Origin: an uncultured Acidobacteriota bacterium
Lineage (GTDB): Bacteria > Acidobacteriota > Vicinamibacteria > Fen-336
Assembly: GCA_964574335.1 (NCBI GenBank)
Contig: CAZNNH010000009.1
Span: 11,634-75,633 of the forward strand
Reading direction: 5' to 3'
DNA length: 64,000 nucleotides
In this document: piece after piece, positions 37,371 to 46,349 of the stretch
Position numbering within the stretch: the stretch's first letter is position 1
Layout: each line of letters opens with the position of its first letter
Translations under genes and position numbers: made by a program
The notes under the pieces: model-generated
What the model was told of the DNA's origin: nothing
Seen by the model: the letters and a program-made list of their open reading frames with translations, nothing else
Database searches by the model: none

Positions 37371-39569
37371 GTGCGGAGCGCGGTGCGAGGCCTGGCGGGC
37401 CTTCTGGTCGGTCTGCTGGTGGCCACGCCGGGACTGGCTTCGGTCCTCGAGGGCCGGGTCTCGTTCTCCGACGGTCGCGCCGTCGCCCGAGCCCGGGTGT
37501 CGATCCTCGGCCGGACCGGCAGCGTGCTCACGGACGAGCAGGGGCGCTTCTCCTGGTCACCGCTGCCGCAGCCTCCGTTCGAGATGATGGTGGCGCTGGC
37601 CGGCGGCGGCTACCTCAAGCCGGTCCGGATCGAGGCCTTGCCCGAGGGTCCCCCCCTCGAGATCGTCGTGGAGCCGACGATCGACGAGAACGTGACCGTC
37701 ACCGGGGGGCTCGCCCCGCACCTCCTACCTCCTCCCGCCGCCGGCACCAACTTGCTCACCGCGCGGGAGATCGGGGCGCGCGCGCCGGTGCACCTGACCC
37801 AGGCGCTCGAGAACGTGGCCGGCGTCGCCAGCATCTCGGAAGGCCAGGCCGCGGTCCCGGCGATCCGGGGTTTCGCCCACGGACGCACCCTGATCCTGCT
37901 CGACGGGACTCGGGTCACGGCCGAGCGCCGGGTGGGGCCGAGCGCGACCTTCCTCGACCCGGTGACCCTGGAGAGCGTCGAGGTGGCCCGCGGACCGGGG
38001 TCGGTCGCCTACGGCTCGGACGCCTTCGGTGGCGTGATCGATGCCCGCACCCGCCGTACCGCCCCGGGCTCCGGGACCGCCGGGCGCTTCGTGGGCGCCC
38101 TGGGTGCCGGGGTGCCTCAGGAGCGAGCGGCGATCGAGGTCGGGCACGGCTTCGCGAGCGGCGGCCTCATCTTCCAGGGCCACTATCGCAACCTCGACGA
38201 CTACACGAGCCCCGGGGGGGAGGTCCCCAACTCCGGCTCCCGCGACTTCGGGGGGCGGGCCCGCCTCGACCGTCGGATCGGCGCCGGGACCCTGAGCCTC
38301 GCCTGGCAGAGCGACCTGGGCCGGGACATCGAGCGGCCTCGCACCAACTCGACCACCACCCGCTTCTTCTATCCCAGCGAGGACTCGCACCGGCTGGTGG
38401 CGGACTGGAGGAGCGGCCCCGTCTCTGGCTTCAGCCAGCTCGGCGCCAGCGCCTTCCTGGGCAGCTACGCGATCGTCACCGACCAGGACCGCTTCGCGAC
38501 CGAGACCGCGCCACGCGGGGTGGAGCGGGCCGACGTCTCGGCCCGGGACTTTCACCTCCGCGGCTTCGCGGCCCGGACGGTGGGCCCGGCCCGCCTGGAG
38601 CTGGGCCTCGACGTGAACGGGCGCTTCGGCCTTCGGGCCCTCGACATCGACCGGGTCTACGACGCCGCCGGCACTCTCGCCGATGAGGAGGTCAGCGTCT
38701 CGATCGACGACGCCAGGCGCACCGACTACGCCGCCTTCTCCAGCGTCGAGGCGGCGGCCGGGAGTCGCGTTACCCTCCACGGCGGGCTGCGTCTGGACCA
38801 CGTGGTCACCCTCAACGTGGGGGGCTACTTCGGCGACCGATCGACTGGCCATGACGCGGCGTCGGGCTTCGCCGCGATCGCGGTTCTGCTGGCACGCGGG
38901 CTCTCGGCGACCGCCCAGGCTTCGAGCGGCTTCCGCGACCCGCTGCTCTCGGACCGCTACTACCGAGGGCCCACCGGCCGCGGCTTCATCACCGGCAACC
39001 CCGACCTCGATCCCGAGCGGAGCTGGCAGCTCGACCTGGCGCTGCGCTACGTCGCCGCCAGGTGGAGGGCGGCAGCCCACGCCTTCGACTACCGGGTCGA
39101 GGGCCTGATCGAGCGCTACGAGACGGAGCCCGACTACTTCTACTTCAGGAACCGGGGCCGGGCCCGAATGCGCGGCGTCGAGCTGGAGGTCCAGGTGGTG
39201 GCGCCGGGTGAGGTCTCCGTCGAGTTTTCCGGGCACCTGATCCGAGGCCACGCAGAGGAGGACGGTTCCCCCCTCGACGACGTTCCGCCGCCGACCCTGA
39301 CGCTCAGGCTGAGCCGCGACTTCGGGAGGGGCTTCGTGCTGGCGCGGGGGGCGCTCTACGCCGAAGACGATCGGCCGGGGCCCACCGAGCAGGCCCGGCC
39401 CGGCTACGGCCTGCTCGACCTGACCCTGGGTCTTCGTGTCGGCGAGCGGCTCGAGCTGCGTCTGCTCGGCCGCAACCTCCTCGACCACGCCTACCTGGTG
39501 AGCCCCGATCGGCGGGCGGTGCTGGCCCCCGGCCGCTCGCTGCTGGTGACGACGGTCCTGGCCTTCTGA
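37371..39569 (+). CDS. TonB-dependent receptor with CarboxypepD_reg-like N-terminal domain
   Basis: GTG 37371 gives signal peptide VRSAVRGLAGLLVGLLVATPGLASV, then LEGRVSFSDGRAVARARVSILGRTGSVLTDEQGRFSW (CarboxypepD_reg-like). Plug-like region ISEGQAAVPAIRGF...ILLDGTRV, beta-barrel. C-terminus ends ...SLLVTTVLAF with terminal F. Confidence 0.75.
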   Translation: MRSAVRGLAGLLVGLLVATPGLASVLEGRVSFSDGRAVARARVSILGRTGSVLTDEQGRFSWSPLPQPPFEMMVALAGGGYLKPVRIEALPEGPPLEIVVEPTIDENVTVTGGLAPHLLPPPAAGTNLLTAREIGARAPVHLTQALENVAGVASISEGQAAVPAIRGFAHGRTLILLDGTRVTAERRVGPSATFLDPVTLESVEVARGPGSVAYGSDAFGGVIDARTRRTAPGSGTAGRFVGALGAGVPQERAAIEVGHGFASGGLIFQGHYRNLDDYTSPGGEVPNSGSRDFGGRARLDRRIGAGTLSLAWQSDLGRDIERPRTNSTTTRFFYPSEDSHRLVADWRSGPVSGFSQLGASAFLGSYAIVTDQDRFATETAPRGVERADVSARDFHLRGFAARTVGPARLELGLDVNGRFGLRALDIDRVYDAAGTLADEEVSVSIDDARRTDYAAFSSVEAAAGSRVTLHGGLRLDHVVTLNVGGYFGDRSTGHDAASGFAAIAVLLARGLSATAQASSGFRDPLLSDRYYRGPTGRGFITGNPDLDPERSWQLDLALRYVAARWRAAAHAFDYRVEGLIERYETEPDYFYFRNRGRARMRGVELEVQVVAPGEVSVEFSGHLIRGHAEEDGSPLDDVPPPTLTLRLSRDFGRGFVLARGALYAEDDRPGPTEQARPGYGLLDLTLGLRVGERLELRLLGRNLLDHAYLVSPDRRAVLAPGRSLLVTTVLAF

Positions 39570-39582
39570 GGCCGGGACATCG

Positions 39583-40437
39583 TCAGGACGCTGCCCGGCA
39601 GACCTGTCGCTGCCGCCCCAGGCCGGTGACGGCCAGCTCGGTGACGTCGCCCGGCTTCAGGAAGCGGGGCGGCTTCCGGCCCATCCCCACGCCGGGCGGG
39701 GTGCCGGTCGAGATCACGTCGCCGATCTCGAGCGGCATGATCTGGCTCAGGTAGTGAATGATGAAGAAGGGGTCGAAGACCATCGTCGCGGTGGACCCCT
39801 CCTGCATCCGCTCCCCGTTCAGGTCCAGGGTCAGCCCCAGCGATCGGCAATCCACCTCGTCGGGCGTGACCAGCCACGGCCCGAGGGGATTGAAGCCTCG
39901 GCAGCTCTTGCCCTTGGTCCACTGGCCGCCCCGCTCGAGCTGGAAGTGACGCTCCGAGACGTCGTGGCTGATGGTGAAGCCGGCGACCGCCGAAGCCGCC
40001 CCGTCCGGGCCCTCGAGGTACTCCACGTCCCGCCCGATCACCACGCCCAGCTCCACCTCCCAGTCGGTCTTCTGCGAGCCGCGGGGGAGCACGATCGGGT
40101 CGTTGGGCCCCACCACCGTGTGGGAGGCCTTCAGGAACACCACCGGCTCGTCGGGGATCGGCATGCCCGACTCCCGGGCATGGTCCGCGTAGTTGAGGCC
40201 GATGCCGATGACCTTGCCGGGGCGGGGTACCGGCGCGTCGTACTCGGGCTCTCCCGGCAGCGCGGGGTAGCGCTCGGGGGCCTTGGCGAAGCTCCGTTTC
40301 AAGCCTTTTGCCCCTTCGCCGGAGAAGAAGCCGCGGTCGTAGTCGGCGCAGAACGAGGAGGCGTCGCGGAAGGCGCCGCTCGGGTCGATGAACCCCGGCT
40401 TGACGGATCCCGCGGTTCGGTAGCGGAAGAGCTTCAT
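39583..40437 (-). CDS. Fumarylacetoacetate hydrolase (FAH) family protein (2-keto-4-pentenoate/2-oxohepta-3-ene-1,7-dioate hydratase-like)
   Basis: KVIGIGLNYADHA, EVELGVVIG, GDVISTGTPPGVG motifs characteristic of FAH family. Confidence 0.85.
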   Translation of the reverse strand: MKLFRYRTAGSVKPGFIDPSGAFRDASSFCADYDRGFFSGEGAKGLKRSFAKAPERYPALPGEPEYDAPVPRPGKVIGIGLNYADHARESGMPIPDEPVVFLKASHTVVGPNDPIVLPRGSQKTDWEVELGVVIGRDVEYLEGPDGAASAVAGFTISHDVSERHFQLERGGQWTKGKSCRGFNPLGPWLVTPDEVDCRSLGLTLDLNGERMQEGSTATMVFDPFFIIHYLSQIMPLEIGDVISTGTPPGVGMGRKPPRFLKPGDVTELAVTGLGRQRQVCRAAS

Positions 40438-40559
40438 CTGTCTCTCCTTCTCGGGGTGAGTCGCGCCGCAGCCGGCGTCCTTCAGGCATTCACTTTCAAA
40501 ACGTCGCCCAGGTCAAGCCGCGACGGGCGGGCGGTGGGGCGTAGAATCAGGGGCCGAGG

Positions 40560-42311
40560 ATGAAGAAGCCCACCAGGCCAGCGGCGTTCGCCTCCGTCCT
40601 CGTGGCGGCGGTGGCGTGGAGCGGCGGGTGCGGGGCCCCCGCGCCGCCGGGCGCCCCCTCTCGAGCCCCACACGCCAGCGCCGGATCGAGCAGCGCCTAC
40701 CTCTCGGGTGATGCCGACCTCGACGGGCTGCAGCTCTACTTCTGGACGGCGCTGGAGGCGAACCGGAAGCAGCTCGACGGCCGCACCGGGACCGTGGTGG
40801 GCTTCGGCGCCGGGGACCTGTACCCGCAGATCTGGCTGCGGGACAGCGCCACCCTGGTCCCCCTCACCCGCTACCACTACCCGCGCGACTACCTGACCCG
40901 TTGGCTGGAGGAGCACCTGGCCCACCAGCGTGAGAGCGGTGCGCTGTTCGACTGGGTGGCGGCGGGGGAGCCCTCCGATTTCCCATACGCGCCCCACGCC
41001 GAGGAGGTGTTTCGCTCGGGAGCGGTGGTGCTGACGGCGGACAAGAACACCTGCGAGGCCGACCAGGAGACGAGCGCCGTGCTGGCGGCGGGCCACGTGC
41101 TCGACGCGCTGGGCGACCCCGCCTGGTTGAAGCAGCCGGTGGTGGGCCGCCCGCTGGTCGACCGGCTCGACCAGGCGCTGTGGTTCGTGCGGCGCGAGCG
41201 ACTCGACCCGGAGCGAGGTCTGCTGGTCAACGCGCTGACGGCCGACTGGGGCGACGTCAGCCCGACCTACGCCGACCAGCGCGCCATCTACCTCGACGAC
41301 GCCACGCCGCTGGTGGCCGGGCTCTACACCAACGCCCTCTACCTCGGCGCCTGCCGAGTGATGTCGGACTTGCAGGGCGCGGTGGGGGCCACGGAGCGCG
41401 CGAAGGGCTGGGAGACGGAGGCGGCGCGCGTGCGCGGGGCCATGGAACGGGCCCTGTGGCAGGAGGACCGGGGATACTACCGCATCCACGTCCTGGTCGA
41501 GCCGCGCGGCGCCCCCCCCGTGGAGGCGGGGCGGCTAGCGGTGGGCGGACACGCCGTCGCCCTGCTGGCCGGTCTGCCCTCGGCCGAGCGTGCGCTGCGG
41601 GTGATCCAGGTGCTGGAGGAGCGCCATCGGCGGCTGGGCCTGACCATCCTCTCGGGAACGGTCCTGCCTCCGTATCCGACCGGCTTCTTCCGGCACCCGA
41701 TCCTGAGGGAGCCGTGGACGTACCAGAACGGTGGCCAGTGGGACTGGTTCGCCGGACGGCTGCTGCTGGCCATGTTCGAGGCGGGGCGGGCGGAGACGGC
41801 CTGCGAGCAACTGGTGGCGATCGCGAGACGGGTGCGCCAAAGCGGCGGCCTCTACGAGTGGTACACGCGGGAGGGGGCGGGCCGGGGCAGCCCCCGCTAT
41901 GCGGGCAGCGCCGGTGCCCTCGGACAGGCCGTCTACGAAGGGCTGTTCGGCGTCCGTCTGCGTGCCGACGGGCTCAGGCTTCGGGTCCGGCTGGGGGCGA
42001 GAAGCGGCTCGGTGCGCCTCCAGGAGCCGGCCTCGGGGCGCAGCGTCTACTACGAGCACCATGTCGGACCGGACCGCATCGAGATGCGGTGGCGCACCCG
42101 GCCCGCGGCAAGGGAGCTGGCTCTGCGGCTGCCGGAGGGGAGGCGCGCGGTCGCGCTGCGCGTGGCCGGCCAGCCGCGCGAGGTGGTCACCGAGACCGTG
42201 GGCCGCGACCGCTACCTGCTGGTGGGAGGCGTGGCCGCGGAAGGCGTTCTGGAGGTGGAGCTGCTCGGCCCGGGCTCGGGACCACAGGCGGTCCCGGGAG
42301 GCTCGAGGTAG
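40560..42311 (+). CDS. Lipoprotein, six-hairpin (alpha/alpha)6 glycoside hydrolase-like (GH15/GH63/debranching-enzyme-like)
   Basis: Lipobox VAWSGGC; IWLRDSA motif (W-x-RD of glucoamylase-like six-hairpin glycosidases), GGQWDWFAGRLLLAMFEAG; family assignment tentative. Confidence 0.5.
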   Translation: MKKPTRPAAFASVLVAAVAWSGGCGAPAPPGAPSRAPHASAGSSSAYLSGDADLDGLQLYFWTALEANRKQLDGRTGTVVGFGAGDLYPQIWLRDSATLVPLTRYHYPRDYLTRWLEEHLAHQRESGALFDWVAAGEPSDFPYAPHAEEVFRSGAVVLTADKNTCEADQETSAVLAAGHVLDALGDPAWLKQPVVGRPLVDRLDQALWFVRRERLDPERGLLVNALTADWGDVSPTYADQRAIYLDDATPLVAGLYTNALYLGACRVMSDLQGAVGATERAKGWETEAARVRGAMERALWQEDRGYYRIHVLVEPRGAPPVEAGRLAVGGHAVALLAGLPSAERALRVIQVLEERHRRLGLTILSGTVLPPYPTGFFRHPILREPWTYQNGGQWDWFAGRLLLAMFEAGRAETACEQLVAIARRVRQSGGLYEWYTREGAGRGSPRYAGSAGALGQAVYEGLFGVRLRADGLRLRVRLGARSGSVRLQEPASGRSVYYEHHVGPDRIEMRWRTRPAARELALRLPEGRRAVALRVAGQPREVVTETVGRDRYLLVGGVAAEGVLEVELLGPGSGPQAVPGGSR

Positions 42312-42513
42312 AGAGCCGGGGTCCGAAGCTGGCGCGCCTCGTAGAGCTGGGTACCCGGAAGCGGCGTGAGGATCGTGAAGGAGGAGAGCGCCGCCGCTCC
42401 GACGCGCTCCAGGCCGAGCGGCTCGCTGAGCATGACCCTCGTGACGCCGAAGTGTGTCGCCGGAGGAGGCTGGACCAGGAGGAGGTTCATTCGCTTCGCT
42501 CCCGTGCCGTTGC

Positions 42514-44883
42514 TCAGTCCCGGGCGAGGGCTCGCAAACGTGCCGCGAGCCTCGCCTGGGCCTCGGGGGGCAGCCGATCCGCCGCCTCCTGGTAGAGTCC
42601 GCGGGCCTCGGCCCGCCGCCCTTCCTCCTCGTAGATGGCGCCGAGCAGGAGGTAGGCGTCGCCGTAGGACGGGTGGCGCTCGATCAGGTGGCGCAGGGTG
42701 CCGGCGGCGGCCTTCCTCTCGCCGCTCCGGCGTTGGAAGAAGCCCAGGGTGTAGGCGTACCGGGGCTCGTCGGGAGCCAACGCATGCGCCTTCCGGCACA
42801 GCTTCACCGCCGCCTGCAAGTCCCGATCGGCGAGCAGGACGCCGAGATTGTAGGTGGCGGTGGCGTTCTCGGGGTCCGACTCGAGGGCCGTCCGGAGTGC
42901 CGAGACCGCCTCCTCCGGCCGGCCGAGCTCGCCCAGGAGCAACCCGAGATTGAGGTTGGCGGCGACGTTCTTCGGCTCGAGGGCGAGGGCGCGGCGCAGG
43001 GCACGCTCGGCGCGGTCGTTGTGGCCGAGCTGGCTGTGGGCCAGCGAAACGTTGACGAGGGGCGCCAGAAAGTCGGGACGCAGCTTGCTGGCGGTCTCGA
43101 AGCTGGCCACGGCGCCGGGGATGTCGCCGCGCTGTAGCTTCAGGTTGCCCAGGTTGTAGTGGGCGGTCGGGTCGTCGGGACGGCTCTCGAGCGCGGCCTC
43201 GGCCTCGGCCAGGGCGGCGGCCACCGCCGGCCGATCCGCCGGGCTCAGGTGCTCGTCGGGGAGGCTGGCCAGGGCGGCGGCGGCACGAACCCGTACCAGC
43301 CGGTAGTCGTCACGGGTGGCCGCTACCAGGGCCGCGAGGGCCGCTGGGTCGAGGTGGTCCCCGAGGGCCTCGGCCGCCGCCCCACGAACCAGAGGTGAGA
43401 CGTCCTGGATCGCCTGCAGCAGCGCCGCCCGCTTCTTTTCGGACTCGTGAGGGCGCAGCAGGCGGATCAGCGAAACGGCCAGCACCTCGTCACGCCCCTC
43501 GCCGACGATCTCGGCCAGCATCTCGCCCTCGCGCGCGAAGTTCCCCTTTCGCGCCGCCTCGATCAGACGGCCACGCCGCAGCACCTGGTCCGAGTAGTCG
43601 CTGTCGCCGAACCAGCGGCGCGTCCACCGCTCCGCCCAGGCCGGGGACTGGTCCTGGTGGCAGGTGTTGCAGGCGTTGGGAGAGCCGAAAGCCTCGGTGG
43701 CGGCGGGGACCGGCGGCAGCATCGAGTGGTCGTGGCGGACCATCCTGGCGAAAGACGTCTCTGGCATGTGGCAGGCGATGCAGCGGCCACCGGGGCCGTC
43801 GGCCCGGTGGTGGCTGTGCTTCGTCACCCGCGCCACCCGTTCGGCGTGGCAGGGCAGGCAGGCCTCGTTGGCCTTGTCCCCAGAGTGCCGGTCGCGTCCG
43901 CTCGAAGTGTGGCAGTGCATGCAGTCGAGCCGCTCCGCCTTCACGCACGGGCTGCGTCGCCACTGGGTGAAGGTGTAGTTCTCGCCCAGGTCGCGACCGT
44001 CCGGGTGGAAGTCGCGGCTCTCCAGCGCCACCAAGTCGAAGTAGTCGAAGAAGCGCCCGCCAGGGGGGAAGCTCGGCGCCACCGGCATCAGCTTGGCGTG
44101 GCAGGACGAGCAGGAGTCGTTGGCCTGCTCCACGGTAAAGGCCTTGGTGCTGACGAGGTGGAGCTCAGCCGGGGGCGTGCCTCCCTGGGCGGCGCGGAAG
44201 ACCCGCACGTGCTCCGACGCCGGGCCGTGGCAGGTCTCACAGTTGATGCCCGGCTCCCGCCAGGTGGTCCGGTAGCCGTCGGTGGCGAGATCGTAGCTGG
44301 TCTCGAGCTGGCTGACGTGGCAACCGTGGCAGGAGGTGTTGAAGGTCAGCGCCGGGTCGGTCCAGTCCACTGCCTCGTCGGTCACGTCCGAGAAGTGGCG
44401 CATGGCGCTCTTGGTGGTGTCATACCACTCCTTGCGGCGGACGTCGAACGCGATCGGCAGCACCTGCAGGCGTCCCCGCTCGGCCGGTGTGAGCAGGTAG
44501 AAGACGTTCTTGCCGCCGAGGACGTGCGCTACCTCGTGTCGCCGCGGCGGCGTCTCGCCCACCGTCTCGACGACGCCGCGATCTCCCTCGAGGACGAAGC
44601 GCCAGCGGACCCCGGCGATGGCCACCTCCTGCCCGAGGGGGGCGAGCTGGTCCCGGGCCAGCGCGGCGGTGAAGGCCTGCATCGCACGACCGTGGTGGGA
44701 GGGCTCCCACAGCTCGTAGAACCGGGCGTGGCAATCGCGACAGCTTCCCGAGCCCGAGAAGCCGGCGTCGGCCTCGGTGGCAGCCGGCGATGGGGGCAGC
44801 GCGGACGAGGAGCAGGCCGCCATCGCCCCCAGGGCGGCGAGCAGGCCCAACCTGGGCGTCCACCGGGAGCCCCGACTGCTCAT
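42514..44883 (-). CDS. Octaheme c-type cytochrome lipoprotein fused to HEAT-like and TPR repeat domains
   Basis: Signal/lipobox LGAMAACSSS; eight CxxCH motifs (CRDCH, CHGCH, CETCH, CSSCH, CMHCH, CLPCH, CIACH, CNTCH). HEAT-like repeats follow (LVRGAAAEALGDHLDPAALAALV..VRVRAAAALASL), then ~8 TPR repeats (AHYNLGNLKLQRGDIPGAVASFETASKLRPDF...). Confidence 0.8.
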   Translation of the reverse strand: MSSRGSRWTPRLGLLAALGAMAACSSSALPPSPAATEADAGFSGSGSCRDCHARFYELWEPSHHGRAMQAFTAALARDQLAPLGQEVAIAGVRWRFVLEGDRGVVETVGETPPRRHEVAHVLGGKNVFYLLTPAERGRLQVLPIAFDVRRKEWYDTTKSAMRHFSDVTDEAVDWTDPALTFNTSCHGCHVSQLETSYDLATDGYRTTWREPGINCETCHGPASEHVRVFRAAQGGTPPAELHLVSTKAFTVEQANDSCSSCHAKLMPVAPSFPPGGRFFDYFDLVALESRDFHPDGRDLGENYTFTQWRRSPCVKAERLDCMHCHTSSGRDRHSGDKANEACLPCHAERVARVTKHSHHRADGPGGRCIACHMPETSFARMVRHDHSMLPPVPAATEAFGSPNACNTCHQDQSPAWAERWTRRWFGDSDYSDQVLRRGRLIEAARKGNFAREGEMLAEIVGEGRDEVLAVSLIRLLRPHESEKKRAALLQAIQDVSPLVRGAAAEALGDHLDPAALAALVAATRDDYRLVRVRAAAALASLPDEHLSPADRPAVAAALAEAEAALESRPDDPTAHYNLGNLKLQRGDIPGAVASFETASKLRPDFLAPLVNVSLAHSQLGHNDRAERALRRALALEPKNVAANLNLGLLLGELGRPEEAVSALRTALESDPENATATYNLGVLLADRDLQAAVKLCRKAHALAPDEPRYAYTLGFFQRRSGERKAAAGTLRHLIERHPSYGDAYLLLGAIYEEEGRRAEARGLYQEAADRLPPEAQARLAARLRALARD

Positions 44884-44930
44884 CCATCGATCATGATAGC
44901 AGCAGAGCGAGATGCTATCCTGGCTCCGCC

Positions 44931-46349
44931 ATGGCCGCGAGCAGCCTCCTCGCCCTGATCGACGACATCGCGACCATCCTGGACGACGTCGCGCTCCTCA
45001 CCAAGATCGCGGCCCAGAAGAGCGCGGCGGTGGCCGACGACGTGGCCCTCTTGACCAAGGTCGCCGCCAAGAAGACGGCCGGCGTGCTGGGGGACGACCT
45101 GGCCCTCAATGCCGAGCAGGTGAGCGGGGTCAAGGCGGACCGGGAGCTGCCCGTCGTCTTCGCGGTCTTCAAGGGCTCCCTCGTCAACAAGGCGATCCTG
45201 GTCCCCGCCGCGCTCGTCATCAGCGCCGTGGCGCCGTGGGCGGTGATCCCGCTGTTGATGATCGGCGGCCTGTACCTGTGCTTCGAGGGCTTCGAGAAGG
45301 TGGCGCACGGCTTGCTGCACGGCCGGGCCGAGGACCAGGAACGTCGCGCCGAGCTGACCGCGGCGCTGCTGGCTCCCGGCGCCGACCTGGCCCGGGTGGA
45401 GCGAGACAAGATCAAGGGGGCGGTCCGCACCGACTTCGTCCTCTCCGCCGAGATCATCGTGATCACGCTGGGCACGGTGGCCACCGCGCCGTTCGTACAG
45501 CGGGTCGCCGTGCTGACCGGCGTCGCGGTCCTGATGACGGTGGGCGTGTACGGCGTGGTCGCCGCCATCGTCAAGCTCGACGACCTGGGCCTCTACCTGA
45601 GCCGGGGCGGCGGCGAGGCGCGCCTTTCGCGTCTCAGGCGCCGCCTGGGGGACGGGATTCTCGGCGCCGCGCCCTTCTTGATGCGCCTGCTCTCCATCGC
45701 CGGCACCGTTGCCATGTTCCTGGTCGGCGGCGGGATCCTGGTGCACGGCATCCCGCCCCTGCACCACCTCGCGGTGGACCTCACCGGTGGCGGCGGCGTG
45801 ATGGCGGGCCTGGGCTCGATGCTGGTCAACACCCTGGCGGGTGTGGCCGCAGGGGGCCTGGCGCTGGCGGCTGTCGCGGCCGGCCGGCGGCTGTCGGGCC
45901 GCAAGGGTCGGCCGGAGGCCGCCTCAGCGGAGCAGGCGGCCGACGCTGACGTAGACGCCGAACGCGCCCCGGTTGCCCAGGCTGGCACCCGCGAAGATCG
46001 GCCCCAGAAAGGTGTCGAGGGCCACGCCGGTGGTGAGGCATCCCTCGAGGCGCGCGGCGGAGGCGTGGTCGAAGGCGCTGCCGAGCTCGACCTGGGCCGC
46101 CAGGCGGACCGGTCCGCCGAGAAGGTCGGGGAGCCGTCCGACCGACAGCAGGTACCCGAGGTGAGCGTAGACGAAGTGCCGGCCCCGGAAGGTGTCGGGG
46201 GCGAAGGCGCCCAGCCGGAACGGTCCACCCAGGGTGAAGCGGTAGATGGGGGGCGGCGACTCGCGCAAGGCGGTGCCCCCGCGGAGGGTGGCGAAGAGGC
46301 TGTCCGAGCGGCGGACGGAGGTGGCGGCCACCATGGTTCCGGCCAGTAG
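44931..46349 (+). CDS. DUF808 (YedI-like) inner-membrane protein with extended low-complexity C-terminus
   Basis: MAASSLLALIDDIATILDDVALLTKIAAQKSAAVADDVALLTKVAAKKTAGVLGDDLALNAEQV closely follows the YedI/DUF808 N-terminus. First in-frame stop only at 46349, so the C-terminal ~140 codons overlap the convergent patatin gene. Confidence 0.65.
   Translation: MAASSLLALIDDIATILDDVALLTKIAAQKSAAVADDVALLTKVAAKKTAGVLGDDLALNAEQVSGVKADRELPVVFAVFKGSLVNKAILVPAALVISAVAPWAVIPLLMIGGLYLCFEGFEKVAHGLLHGRAEDQERRAELTAALLAPGADLARVERDKIKGAVRTDFVLSAEIIVITLGTVATAPFVQRVAVLTGVAVLMTVGVYGVVAAIVKLDDLGLYLSRGGGEARLSRLRRRLGDGILGAAPFLMRLLSIAGTVAMFLVGGGILVHGIPPLHHLAVDLTGGGGVMAGLGSMLVNTLAGVAAGGLALAAVAAGRRLSGRKGRPEAASAEQAADADVDAERAPVAQAGTREDRPQKGVEGHAGGEASLEARGGGVVEGAAELDLGRQADRSAEKVGEPSDRQQVPEVSVDEVPAPEGVGGEGAQPERSTQGEAVDGGRRLAQGGAPAEGGEEAVRAADGGGGHHGSGQ

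Noticed and set aside
37725-39488. 587-aa minus-strand ORF antisense to TonB-dependent receptor
   Set aside because: Antisense shadow ORF, low complexity.
43447-44958. 503-aa plus-strand ORF antisense to octaheme cytochrome
   Set aside because: No motifs, R/G/A-rich; cytochrome frame has eight CxxCH.
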